DNA of 62,973 bases from Anaerolinea thermophila (GTDB taxonomy: Bacteria > Chloroflexota > Anaerolineae > Anaerolineales > UBA4823). The notes under the pieces are model-generated. The model saw nothing but the letters and a program-made list of their open reading frames with translations, was not told the origin of the DNA and did not search any database. Positions within the stretch are counted from its first letter, which is position 1. Each line of letters starts with the position of its first letter. The position numbers and the translations under genes are program-made. Shown here in pieces: positions 48,585 to 57,849 of this stretch. The stretch lies in the NCBI GenBank assembly GCA_020724505.1, contig DYGV01000003.1, positions 1 through 62,973 of the forward strand, read 5' to 3'.

Positions 48585-49091
48585 ATGCAGCCGCTGCGTA
48601 AGGAAATATTGACTTGGGACGATGTAGATCGTTTGATTGACCACCTGCTGCCCCAATTCGAGGGCGAATTCGAAGCCATGGTGATGGTCACACGCGGCGG
48701 CATCATTCCAGGGGGCCTGTTAGCCGAAGCCATGGGAATCACCCATATCCTCACCGCGGCAGTGGACTTCCCCGCCCAAATGGAGATGGAAAAAGCCAAG
48801 CTCATGGCCTGGCCACAGTTCATCCAATTCCCAGACGACCGCGCACTGCGCGGACGGCGCACTTTGGTCGTGGATGACGTCTGGGGTTCTGGCCGCACTA
48901 TCACCGCGGTAAAAATCCGTGTATCTGCCTCCGGCGGCATTCCCAATACCTGTGTGTTGCATTTCAACCCCTATCGCAACCTGTTCGGTTCAGCCCGCCC
49001 AGATTATTACGCCGCTATCACCGACGCCCACATCATTTACCCCTGGGAAATTGACCGTCGGCCAGACCGCGTCCTCACCGGAGATTTATAA
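48585..49091 (+). CDS. Phosphoribosyltransferase (Gpt/XGPRT-like type I PRT)
   Basis: PRPP loop TLVVDDVWGSGRT. 168 aa. AGGAGAAAG lies upstream of the ATG. Confidence 0.75.
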   Translation: MQPLRKEILTWDDVDRLIDHLLPQFEGEFEAMVMVTRGGIIPGGLLAEAMGITHILTAAVDFPAQMEMEKAKLMAWPQFIQFPDDRALRGRRTLVVDDVWGSGRTITAVKIRVSASGGIPNTCVLHFNPYRNLFGSARPDYYAAITDAHIIYPWEIDRRPDRVLTGDL

Positions 49092-49129
49092 AGCTCTCGG
49101 ATACGCTCCGCCAAAATGGGAGGAGCTGC

Positions 49130-50779
49130 CTACAAAACAGACACCGCTTGCGCCAGGGCACGACGGAAACCAGCCCGTTCAAAATGCCGCCGCCAAGCAT
49201 CCCGAAACGAGGCCATCAAACGGTGGCGCTCGGCGTGGCAGAAAGCCAGATAATTCACCACTTCTTCGATATTCCGCCGCTCATGGATTGGCAAGGCGGC
49301 TTGTTGACTCTCCCACTGCTCAATAAACTGACCCAGAATTTGCGTTGCCACTTGAGCGTCGTTCAGGTCGCCCAGATGATCCTGAAGCAGTTTCAACTCA
49401 TTAATCACATACCTGGTTTGCTTACCTAAAACTTCCTCGAAGTATTCCAACGTATAGCGCAATTTCTTGAACTCGATGCGCAACATATGCAACAGTTCGA
49501 TCGGCGCGTCTTTCAAGAAAGGAGCAAAGGCGCGCGTTTCAGCCAGGCGAGAGTAGATTAAAACCGGCGCAATTTCAGCCACCGTTTGAGGGGTAGGCTG
49601 TCCAGCGGGGATCGGTCGCGCTCCGACACCAGGAGTATGCAAAAAGATATTAAACTTGCGTTTGAACTCCATGTAAGCCTTACTATCCAACACCTTCAAC
49701 ATCTCTGTCCGAGCTGCCTCGCGTTCGGCTTTCCAATGATCTAACAGAGGGTTCAGTCCGTCGCGGCGTTCCTCCGGCAACGACTGGGCGTAGCGTTGGG
49801 CTTTCTCCATAAAAACATCTAAATCGCGCACCGTCCCCAGGGCGCGGCCGACAGCCTGCAACCCGCGTCGAAAAGGCTTCAGCGCGCCGGGTTCAAAAGC
49901 CTCTGCGAAAACCTGCATTGCAGCTCGCAAACGGCGCGTGGCGACGCGCATATCATGCAAAGCTTCGATGTCCTCTCCCTGGCGTGTGCCCGCCTCATGG
50001 CTTAGCATACGGGCAAAGTGAAACAACATCACTTTGCGAGCCGCCTCCGCCACTGCGTCTTTGGATTGCAAACCCATTTCTTCTCTCGGCTCTGGGAAAG
50101 GTAGAAGTCGGAGTGCAGCCTCCTTCGATTCTAAGACCTCCACTGTGGGATAGCCGATTTTAACCCACAGGCGCGCGCTTTGCTGCGCGGCGACTGCATC
50201 CGCCGCGGCATTGGGTCCATCTACCACAATCCACAAACTGCTTTCATGAGGTTCAACTTTCTGGATTACCGTGCTTCCGTCGCCGGAATTGCTCAAACCC
50301 GCTGCAATGCGTAGCAAGGCGGCAATCGTCAGAACCTGCCGCGCTTGTTGGGGAGACAAATCCAGGCGTGGTATTTCCTTGCGTTTGAGCCTGCCTTGAT
50401 GATACGCCAGAACCACCGCCAGGGTATATTGATCCTGCTCCGAGAGTTGCTGCGCAGTTTTCGCGCGCGCGAATTCAAGCGCCGCACGCAGCGGGTGCCT
50501 CCTGGCATGGGGAAAGGTGTCGGCGTGAAATTGAGCCGCGAGGCTCAAGATCAAACGACTATCATTTTGCAAATCATGTAAAAAACGGGTGCCATCAAAG
50601 ATGGCCAGCGCCAGCTCGCGCAGGTAACGCGCCTGCTCCCCATCCGCCAACTCCATCTGCGCCTCAGTAGGGCTGCCGGGCAGCTCAGCCGCCAGACGCA
50701 GGCTATCATTGAGCGTTTCGGGCGAGGCGGCGTCGGTATTCTGCGGCGCCGATCCAACGGGCGCGCCATGCGAATTCAT
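49130..50779 (-). CDS. CHAD-domain protein with an N-terminal helical domain of unclear function
   Basis: The C-terminal half has CHAD-type His/Arg-rich helices (HDMRVATRRLRAAMQVF, LHMLRIEFKKLRYTLEYF, LQDHLGDLNDAQV). Trimmed to ATG 50779 to avoid overlap with the ppk1 stop. Confidence 0.75.
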   Translation of the reverse strand: MNSHGAPVGSAPQNTDAASPETLNDSLRLAAELPGSPTEAQMELADGEQARYLRELALAIFDGTRFLHDLQNDSRLILSLAAQFHADTFPHARRHPLRAALEFARAKTAQQLSEQDQYTLAVVLAYHQGRLKRKEIPRLDLSPQQARQVLTIAALLRIAAGLSNSGDGSTVIQKVEPHESSLWIVVDGPNAAADAVAAQQSARLWVKIGYPTVEVLESKEAALRLLPFPEPREEMGLQSKDAVAEAARKVMLFHFARMLSHEAGTRQGEDIEALHDMRVATRRLRAAMQVFAEAFEPGALKPFRRGLQAVGRALGTVRDLDVFMEKAQRYAQSLPEERRDGLNPLLDHWKAEREAARTEMLKVLDSKAYMEFKRKFNIFLHTPGVGARPIPAGQPTPQTVAEIAPVLIYSRLAETRAFAPFLKDAPIELLHMLRIEFKKLRYTLEYFEEVLGKQTRYVINELKLLQDHLGDLNDAQVATQILGQFIEQWESQQAALPIHERRNIEEVVNYLAFCHAERHRLMASFRDAWRRHFERAGFRRALAQAVSVL

Positions 50780-50814
50780 GATCGCTTTCTCCTTCGATAA
50801 ATCCAATGAGCAGA

Positions 50815-52974
50815 TTAGCCCTTCGAGCGCTGATGATATTGCAACAGCCACTCCTGGGGGTTCAGAGGCAGCTCGTCGGCTGCGGGTTCAAGGCGGCGGT
50901 AGGAGCCATCTTTTTGCATCAGGCGCACTTTCACATTTGCGTTCAGATAGGTTTGCAGCACATCATCGCGCAGATAGCGCACCAAACGAGGGTCTTGAAC
51001 CGGGAAGAGCACTTCTACGCGCCAGTTAATGTTGCGTGGCATCAGATCAGCGCTGCCCAGGTAAACTTCCTCCCTGCCGCCATTACAAAAATAGTAAATG
51101 CGGCTATGCTCCAAAAAACGCCCCACCACGCTGATCACGCGAATGTTCTCGCTCACGCCGGGAATGCCCGGACGCAGACAACACATCCCGCGCACAATCA
51201 AATCCACCCGCACCCCGGCTCGCGAGGCGCTATACAGTTTTCGAATCATACGCGGATCCACCAGAGCGTTCATCTTAAAAATCAGGTGTCCACAGCCGCC
51301 GTTTTTCTGTTGCTCGATCTCGCGATCAATTAGCTCGTCCATGCGGCTACGCAAGTTCACCGGAGCAACTAACAGTTTGCGATAATCTTTTTTGGCAGAA
51401 TAACCGGTGAGGTAATTGAACAGGTCGGTGGCGTCTGCGCCTATTTCCTCATCCGCAGTGAACATGCCGATATCTTCATAGAGCTGAGCGGTCACCACGT
51501 TATAGTTGCCGGTCGCCAGGTGAATGTAACGGCGAATATGCTCTCCCTCCTTGCGCACCACCAGGGCAATCTTCGAGTGCGTTTTCAGCCCAAGCAGTCC
51601 ATAGATGACATGCACCCCCTCTTTCTCCAACGTTTTCGCCCAACCAATGTTACTCTCCTCATCGAAGCGTGCTTTGAGTTCCACCAGCACAGCCACTTCT
51701 TTCCCGTTTTCGCGCGCTTCGAGCAGCGCATCTACGACGGGCGAGTTACGCCCCACGCGATACAGGGTCTGTTTGATCGCCAACACGTCTGGATCGCGGG
51801 CCGCCAGCTTGAGAAACTCCACCACCGGCTTAAAGGAGTCGTATGGATGATGAACCAATATATCTTCCTGACGGATGGTCGTAAACAAGCTGCTGTCGCG
51901 ATAATCGTGTCTCAAAGATATGGGAACGGTAGGTCGCAAAGGTGGATCTTTGAGATCCGGCCGATCAATGTTGTACAAAAGCATTAAATCGCTCAGCCCT
52001 AAGGGCCCATCCACGGTGTACACATCGCGACGATCCATTTCCAGATTGGCGATCAAGATTTCGCGCATGCGCGTGGGCATGGCATCATTCACTGTCAGGC
52101 GCATCACAGAGCCGAAACGGCGTTGCCGCACCACCTGCTCAATGGACTCGAGCAAGTCGCCAGCCTCCAACTCCTGGATCACCATGTCTGCATCGCGCGT
52201 CACTCGAAATGGATGCGCCTCGACGATCTCCATACCGGGGAAAAGCTTATCCAGGTTTGCTGCTACGACCTGCTCCAGCCAAACAAAATAATGATGCTGC
52301 GGCGGCGTGCCGTCTTTGCGCAAACCGCCGGAGGAGCGCTTGATGGGCAATAAACGCGGCAAGGTCTTGGGCACTTTGACGCGCGCAAAGCGTTCCTGCC
52401 CGTTCTCATCCCGAATCGCCACGGCCAGATTCAAGCTCAGGTTAGAGATGTGTGGAAAGGGGTGCCCAGGGTCGAAGGCTAACGGCGTGAGCACCTTAGA
52501 CACAACTTCTTCAAAGTACTGATCCACATTATCTTTCTGCCGTGGAGTGAGCTGCTCGTAGTTGAGCAGATGAATGCCGGCTTTATCCAATTGTGGCAAA
52601 AGTTCATCGCGCAGGCACTCGCGCGCCTGTGTCATGAGCTGCAAGGCGACTTTGCGGATTTCCGCCAGGGCGCGGGCTGGCGGCGTTCCATCGGCGGGTA
52701 AATCTATCACGCCGGCATCCACCTGTTTGCGGATGCCGGTGGCGCGCACCATGAAAAACTCATCCAGGTTCGAACCCACGATGGAGATGAATTTCACCCG
52801 TTCGAGCAGGGGGTTGCTTGGATCTTGCGCCTCTTCCAGCACGCGGCGATGGAATTCCAGCAGGCTCAGCTCACGGTTGATGTAAAGCTGCGGGTCTTGC
52901 AAATCTATGTCTAACTCAGAGGCCTCATCCAGGCTCTTTGTCGCTTCCTCCATAGCTATCTCCGCGCCGTTCAC
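50815..52974 (-). CDS. ppk: Polyphosphate kinase 1
   Basis: 719 aa with the PPK1 N, head and two PLD-like C domains (…LYINRELSLLEFHRRVLEEA…, …THSKIALVVRKE…). The start could also be the internal MEEATK. Confidence 0.9.
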   Translation of the reverse strand: MNGAEIAMEEATKSLDEASELDIDLQDPQLYINRELSLLEFHRRVLEEAQDPSNPLLERVKFISIVGSNLDEFFMVRATGIRKQVDAGVIDLPADGTPPARALAEIRKVALQLMTQARECLRDELLPQLDKAGIHLLNYEQLTPRQKDNVDQYFEEVVSKVLTPLAFDPGHPFPHISNLSLNLAVAIRDENGQERFARVKVPKTLPRLLPIKRSSGGLRKDGTPPQHHYFVWLEQVVAANLDKLFPGMEIVEAHPFRVTRDADMVIQELEAGDLLESIEQVVRQRRFGSVMRLTVNDAMPTRMREILIANLEMDRRDVYTVDGPLGLSDLMLLYNIDRPDLKDPPLRPTVPISLRHDYRDSSLFTTIRQEDILVHHPYDSFKPVVEFLKLAARDPDVLAIKQTLYRVGRNSPVVDALLEARENGKEVAVLVELKARFDEESNIGWAKTLEKEGVHVIYGLLGLKTHSKIALVVRKEGEHIRRYIHLATGNYNVVTAQLYEDIGMFTADEEIGADATDLFNYLTGYSAKKDYRKLLVAPVNLRSRMDELIDREIEQQKNGGCGHLIFKMNALVDPRMIRKLYSASRAGVRVDLIVRGMCCLRPGIPGVSENIRVISVVGRFLEHSRIYYFCNGGREEVYLGSADLMPRNINWRVEVLFPVQDPRLVRYLRDDVLQTYLNANVKVRLMQKDGSYRRLEPAADELPLNPQEWLLQYHQRSKG

Positions 52975-52995
52975 ATTCCTGGTTTGCCAAAGGAT

Positions 52996-53754
52996 TTATT
53001 TCTTCTTACCCTTCTTCTTGCGCCTCGCTTCATCGCCGAGGGGATCCACATTCAATTCTTGAGTAAGCTTCTCGACCACGGTGCGTAAGATTTTGACGCG
53101 CGCATACATTTTTGAATTTCCCTCGATCACCGTCCAGGGCGCTGAAATCGTGCTGGTTTTAAGCAACATATCATTCACCGCATCTTGGTAAACATCCCAT
53201 TTTTCTCGATTGCGCCAGTCTTCATCGGTCAATTTCCAATTGCGGCGTTGATCGTTCGCGCGCGACTCAAAGCGCCTGAGCTGTTCCTCTTTATCTATAT
53301 GCAACCAGAATTTGAACAGTATTGTACCAAAGTCCACCAATTGTCTCTCAAAATAATTAATCTCGCGATAGGCGCGCTTCCATTCCGCCTCGCTGCAAAA
53401 ACCTTCCACGCGCTCCACCAGCACCCGCCCATACCAGCTTCGATCAAAGATCGCAATCTGTCCTGTTTCAGGCAGCTTGCTCCAAAAGCGCCACAGATAG
53501 TGATGGGTAGCTTCATCGCCCTTGGGCGCGGCAATCGAATAAACCACAAAGCCACGTGGGTCCAGTTTTTCAGTCAGACGGCGGATAGCGCCGCCTTTGC
53601 CGGCGGCGTCCCAGCCCTCGAAGACAATAATCACCGGGCGCTGCTGCACATAAACCTGATAGGCTAATTGGTTGAGAGCGACCTGATACTGGATCAACGA
53701 CTTTTCATAAGTTTCTTGATCCATCGTCAGCGAAAGGTCCACCGAATTTAACAT
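52996..53754 (-). CDS. ppk2: Polyphosphate kinase 2 (single-domain)
   Basis: Walker-A-like VIIVFEGWDAAGKGG and the lid region FDRSWYGRVLVERVEGF. 252 aa with a Lys-rich tail. Confidence 0.9.
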   Translation of the reverse strand: MLNSVDLSLTMDQETYEKSLIQYQVALNQLAYQVYVQQRPVIIVFEGWDAAGKGGAIRRLTEKLDPRGFVVYSIAAPKGDEATHHYLWRFWSKLPETGQIAIFDRSWYGRVLVERVEGFCSEAEWKRAYREINYFERQLVDFGTILFKFWLHIDKEEQLRRFESRANDQRRNWKLTDEDWRNREKWDVYQDAVNDMLLKTSTISAPWTVIEGNSKMYARVKILRTVVEKLTQELNVDPLGDEARRKKKGKKK

Positions 53755-53777
53755 ACCGCCGTCTCCCTGCGCGAAAT

Positions 53778-54623
53778 TTACTCTTCGTCTAACGAGCCGA
53801 TTTCCACCGTTTCTTCAGGGGTTGATTCGCCCGTTTCATCGGAGGTCTCCCCTTCCTCGATGAAATCAGCCTCGGCTTCCATTTCTTCTTGATCTTCCGG
53901 CAACTCAACCGGCGGCCACCCCAATCGCCCCTCCAGCGCCCCGATGACGGTTTTGAAAATCTTTACCCAGGTGAAACGGCGATCGGTGGCTTCGACAATC
54001 GTCCAGGGCGCCCACTCCGTCTCAGTTCGTTCGAAGGCCTCTTCGTAAGCCACCAGCCAGTCGTTGTAGCGATAATGATGCTCCCAATCTTCGTCTGTGA
54101 CGTGCCAGGCGGTCAATGGATCCTTAGACAATTTATTAAAGCGGCGTTTCTGTTCTTGTTTGCTGATGTGCAAGAAAAACTTGAGAATCAGGTGGCCGTC
54201 GTCGGCAAGGGTGCGCTCGAAATCCACAATGTCGCGGTAGGCACGCCGCCATTCACTCTCCGGTATTAGATTTTCAACGCGTTCCACCAACACCCGCCCA
54301 TACCAGGAGCGGTCGAAGATTGCCCACTCGCCGCGCGCCGGTAGCTTAAGCCAGAAACGCCATAACCAGGGACGCTTTTTTTCGTAGGTGCGGGCAGCGC
54401 GGATGGGATAGAGTTTGTAGCCACGCGGATCCAACGGGCTGGTCATCTTTTGGATCGAGGTACCTTTCCCGGCGGCGTCCCAACCCTCAAAGAGAATGAT
54501 GACCGGCAAGCGCGCATCCCAGGAGGCTTTCTGCACCTCAAATAGACGGCTTTCCAGAATTGGCATGATGCGTTTGAACCTTCTTTTCGGCATCTTGCAG
54601 CTCAAGTCAACTTTATCGAGCAT
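53778..54623 (-). CDS. ppk2: Polyphosphate kinase 2 paralog with an acidic C-terminal tail
   Basis: VIILFEGWDAAGKGT and FDRSWYGRVLVERVENL. The last ~45 aa are strongly acidic (ELPEDQEEMEAEADFIEEGETSDE...). Confidence 0.85.
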   Translation of the reverse strand: MLDKVDLSCKMPKRRFKRIMPILESRLFEVQKASWDARLPVIILFEGWDAAGKGTSIQKMTSPLDPRGYKLYPIRAARTYEKKRPWLWRFWLKLPARGEWAIFDRSWYGRVLVERVENLIPESEWRRAYRDIVDFERTLADDGHLILKFFLHISKQEQKRRFNKLSKDPLTAWHVTDEDWEHHYRYNDWLVAYEEAFERTETEWAPWTIVEATDRRFTWVKIFKTVIGALEGRLGWPPVELPEDQEEMEAEADFIEEGETSDETGESTPEETVEIGSLDEE

Positions 54624-54700
54624 GGCAGCAGCTCCTCATAACAACTGACCGAGACCACATGACCGGCGCACACCCCCCAACTGCTATTATAATATCACGT

Positions 54701-55393
54701 ATGCAAAATATTATGGCGAACCGTGCGGATAAAGTCGCTGCGCTAAAGGGTAACGCTTATTTTTCGACCCTAAGCCCTGAAGTCCTGGATGATCTGGCGC
54801 GCGGCGTCAACCTTCATCAATATCAGCGCGGCGAAATCATCTGCTGGCAAGGCGACGCCTGCTCTGGCCTCTTTATCATTCGCAGCGGAAGCGTCAAATT
54901 ATTCAAGCTCTCTTCCAGAGGTCGCGAATTGATTATCCGCACCATTGCCGAGGGAGCCACCTTTAACGAAGTTCCGGTGTTCGACCACGGACCCAATCCA
55001 GTGAATGTCGCTGCGCTGGAAGAGAGCTACATTTGGGTTGTCAAGGCAGAAGTCATCCGCGACTGCATGGAAAAACATCCTGAAATGTCGCAGGCGGTAA
55101 TCCTGAATTTATCCAAGAACCTGCGCACCCTGGTGGGCATCGTAGAAGAACTTTCTTTCTATCAGGTAACGAATCGGTTGGCGCGGCTGATCGCCCGCCT
55201 GTCGCCAGAAGAATTGGAAGACAAACATCTGACTCAGGATCAGCTTGCAGCGCATCTGGGCACCGTGCGCGAGGTGGTGGCGCGCAGCCTGCGAGACTTA
55301 GAACGCAGCGGCGCCATCCGCGTGCAACGTCGAAAAATCCAAATCCTCGACGAGCGCACCCTGCGCGACTGGATAGACGAACCGTGTAACTGA
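54701..55393 (+). CDS. Crp/Fnr-family transcriptional regulator
   Basis: cNMP-type effector domain plus a C-terminal HTH (TQDQLAAHLGTVREVVARSLRDLERSGAI). The start is ambiguous (54659, 54701 or 54713). TATAAT at 54688-54693 would make an ATG-54701 transcript nearly leaderless. Confidence 0.8.
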   Translation: MQNIMANRADKVAALKGNAYFSTLSPEVLDDLARGVNLHQYQRGEIICWQGDACSGLFIIRSGSVKLFKLSSRGRELIIRTIAEGATFNEVPVFDHGPNPVNVAALEESYIWVVKAEVIRDCMEKHPEMSQAVILNLSKNLRTLVGIVEELSFYQVTNRLARLIARLSPEELEDKHLTQDQLAAHLGTVREVVARSLRDLERSGAIRVQRRKIQILDERTLRDWIDEPCN

Positions 55394-55436
55394 ACCTCGC
55401 TCGCCCAGCGGCTTGTCCCCAGCCTGGTAAAACAAA

Positions 55437-55466
55437 AGAGACCGGACGATTGCCTGCCCGGTCTCT
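55437..55466. terminator. Bidirectional terminator hairpin between the convergent crp/fnr and nrfA genes
   Basis: 9-bp stem agagaccgg/ccggtctct flanked by an A-rich tract on the left and TTT on the right. Confidence 0.55.
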
Positions 55467-55490
55467 TTACGTTATCAGTTCGAAGCGCGC

Positions 55491-56870
55491 TTACTGGCTG
55501 CCTTGAAGAATCTCCGCCGTTCCAGCCGCCTGGATGGCTTTCAATTGCGCCTGGCGCGCCAGATCGGTGGCTTGGGCCAGGATGCGCAACGCTTCCTCCG
55601 GGTTGTGGAAACCCATGCTGTTTTCGGCGGCGATGAAGTCCCACATCATCTGCGCCTGGCGATGCAAGCTGCGCGCCTCATTCAATAGCTCCTCATCCAC
55701 TCCAGAGACGGCGGAAGCCTTTTGGATAGCCTGAATGGCGGCGATCAGGGCGTCTTCCGTGGCGTCCATTGTGGCGCGCACGCCATCCTGGATGATTTTG
55801 ACCCGTTCTACCACATAGCCGGTATCGGTATGACAGGCTCCACAGGCTGTCTCTGGGTTGAGCAATGGGCTGTGGACATCATGGTTGGAAAACTTTGCTG
55901 CACCCTGGCGCACATAAGGCATGTGACAATCGGCGCAGGCCACACCAGCTTTGTAGTGTGTGCTGTCGGCTGTGTAGAACTCATATTCAGGATGCTGCGC
56001 CTTGAGCATTGAGGTCTTCGAATCGGGATGCTTCCAATCTTCGAATTTCGATTCCTCGTAGTAAGCCAGGATATTTTCGATCTTCGTGCCTTTCGCCCAC
56101 GGGAAGGTAAGGTATTTGCCCTCGCCCTGGAAGTAATATTCCACATGGCAATTCGCGCATACCACCGTGCGCATCTCCTGGCGGGTGAAGGTGCGCCAAT
56201 CCTTGCCTTGCGCTTTCAGCGCTTCCTCGAGCGCTGGGTTGGTCACCACCAGCTTCATTGTGCGTGCATCGTGACAGTTTGCGCAGCCAATGGGTTCGGT
56301 GATCTGCCGGCCAAGCTCCATGAAGGGCGTCTTGAAAAACTCGGCAGGTCCCATCTTTTTCCACAAGCTGGGGTTGTTAGCCGACTTGCACGAATAGCAC
56401 GTGCCGGGGGTAGTTTCATTGACGCGTTGGGTAGCGCGCACATCTTCCAGGCTCTTCAAATGGCCGCGCTCTTCGTTGTAATCTTTGCTAAAACCATAAC
56501 CGGCAAAAAGCTGCACCAGGCGCGGGTCTTGCTCCAGCTTGGAATATGGATCCGATCCGCCATAGGTGGTGCGAACGTTGTTGGTCTCGGTTTTTAACAA
56601 GGTGGTATATTGATTGGGAAAGTTGACTCCCCAATTGGCTGAGTTCGGGTCCATGTCGGCGATTTCCTGGATCGGGATGACGCCGCGCGTTGGCTGCGGC
56701 TGGCTTTTCATGAAAAGCAACACCCCAATCAGCGCTGCTGCGAGGACAACAATAATCCCACTAAGCACCCAAATCAGCTTCGAAACGCTCGTTTTCTTTT
56801 CCGGCTCAGGGGTCTTCATTGGTTTAACCGGCTCAATTGGCTGAATATCATCTTTCTCTTCTTCGCTCAT
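55491..56870 (-). CDS. nrfA: Pentaheme cytochrome c nitrite reductase (ammonia-forming), membrane-anchored
   Basis: Trimmed to ATG 56870 (ATGA overlap with the nrfH stop). Active-site CxxCK (CYSCK) plus four CxxCH motifs (CANCH, CANCH, CADCH, CGACH). Confidence 0.9.
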   Translation of the reverse strand: MSEEEKDDIQPIEPVKPMKTPEPEKKTSVSKLIWVLSGIIVVLAAALIGVLLFMKSQPQPTRGVIPIQEIADMDPNSANWGVNFPNQYTTLLKTETNNVRTTYGGSDPYSKLEQDPRLVQLFAGYGFSKDYNEERGHLKSLEDVRATQRVNETTPGTCYSCKSANNPSLWKKMGPAEFFKTPFMELGRQITEPIGCANCHDARTMKLVVTNPALEEALKAQGKDWRTFTRQEMRTVVCANCHVEYYFQGEGKYLTFPWAKGTKIENILAYYEESKFEDWKHPDSKTSMLKAQHPEYEFYTADSTHYKAGVACADCHMPYVRQGAAKFSNHDVHSPLLNPETACGACHTDTGYVVERVKIIQDGVRATMDATEDALIAAIQAIQKASAVSGVDEELLNEARSLHRQAQMMWDFIAAENSMGFHNPEEALRILAQATDLARQAQLKAIQAAGTAEILQGSQ

Positions 56871-57355
56871 TTGTATTCCTCCGAATGCTGGTAGGGTAAA
56901 ATCGAAAGACCGCGTTCGCCATGCGCCACGCTGCGATGGCACTCGAAACAATATCGTCCTGAATCCTGACGGGTATAGCCCATCTCCCAATCCAGATTGA
57001 CGATCGTGGAAGCATGGCAGCGAATACAATTCTCCTGAACGACTCTGCGGGAGGACTCCTTGGCGCGAATGGCGTCCGGTATATCCCCTAAGAGAAAGGC
57101 GCTAACGTGATGGTATCCAGATAGCGCTTTGACGTAATACTTCGGGATGAGGGCGTGCGGGGTATGGCAGTCGTTACAGTTTGCCCATTGCTTGTGCCCG
57201 CCGTGGTACCAACTCTCATACACATTGTCCATCACATGGCAGTTGTTACAGGTAGTGGGGTTATTGCCCAGGTAGGCGGTAAAGTCCGTAACATATAGCC
57301 CCACGCCAACCACCGCAAGCAGAGCCAGCCCAGCGATCAACAGTGCAATTTTCAT
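56867..57355 (-). CDS. nrfH: Tetraheme NapC/NirT-family quinol dehydrogenase
   Basis: N-terminal TM helix and four CxxCH motifs (CNNCH, CNDCH, CIRCH, CFECH). Confidence 0.9.
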   Translation of the reverse strand: MKIALLIAGLALLAVVGVGLYVTDFTAYLGNNPTTCNNCHVMDNVYESWYHGGHKQWANCNDCHTPHALIPKYYVKALSGYHHVSAFLLGDIPDAIRAKESSRRVVQENCIRCHASTIVNLDWEMGYTRQDSGRYCFECHRSVAHGERGLSILPYQHSEEYK

Positions 57356-57432
57356 CTGTACTCCTGTTTCACCTCACAACGTTGACGCAATATTAAACAT
57401 TTCGCGCCCACGGATGCTCATCAGGGGCTTAT

Positions 57433-57461
57433 GTCAATATTATACGGAGCTAATGTTACCA
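57433..57461 (-). promoter_or_regulatory. Candidate nrfHA promoter
   Basis: Minus-strand TTGTTA (57456-57461), 17 nt, TATAAT (57433-57438), about 78 nt upstream of the nrfH ATG. Confidence 0.4.
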
Positions 57462-57473
57462 TAACAAGTCCGT

Positions 57474-57489
57474 TTTCTATGTAACTTTC
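57474..57489. promoter_or_regulatory. CRP/FNR-type palindromic site upstream of the nrfHA promoter
   Basis: The sequence tgtaactttcgtcaca matches TGTGA-N6-TCACA with one mismatch. Its centre lies about 20 nt upstream of the putative -35 (Class I-like position). Confidence 0.45.
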
Positions 57490-57789
57490 GTCACAAACTC
57501 TGAGGTAGATCGTTGTTCGCATCTGCCCCTATCCAGCCGACGCCGCGACAATTGTCTACCAGATACCAAAGGTACTCGTAGTAAGCGGATGAAGCATGTA
57601 TAAACGCGTCACAAATTCACCCCTTTTCCGTCATATTTATCAGAGCGTCGAGGTGTATTTTCAACGCCTGGGGTGTCGTTGGAGATACATCAAGGACGAA
57701 GTTTGCCGGTCAGCGCAGCATGGTGGACCTGGTCTGTGCGAGAGACGAGAAACGTGTTTGAGGGGGCAACGCTGATCTGGCAACTCAAA

Positions 57790-57824
57790 AGGGGTCATCC
57801 TGGCAAACTGCCTGAATGACCCCT
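57790..57824 (-). terminator. Rho-independent terminator after moeZ (end of the cysM...moeZ operon)
   Basis: 9-bp stem aggggtcat/atgacccct. On the minus strand it is followed by UUUUGAGUU. Confidence 0.65.
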
Positions 57825-57849
57825 TCTGTTTCTCCCCAACAATACAGGA

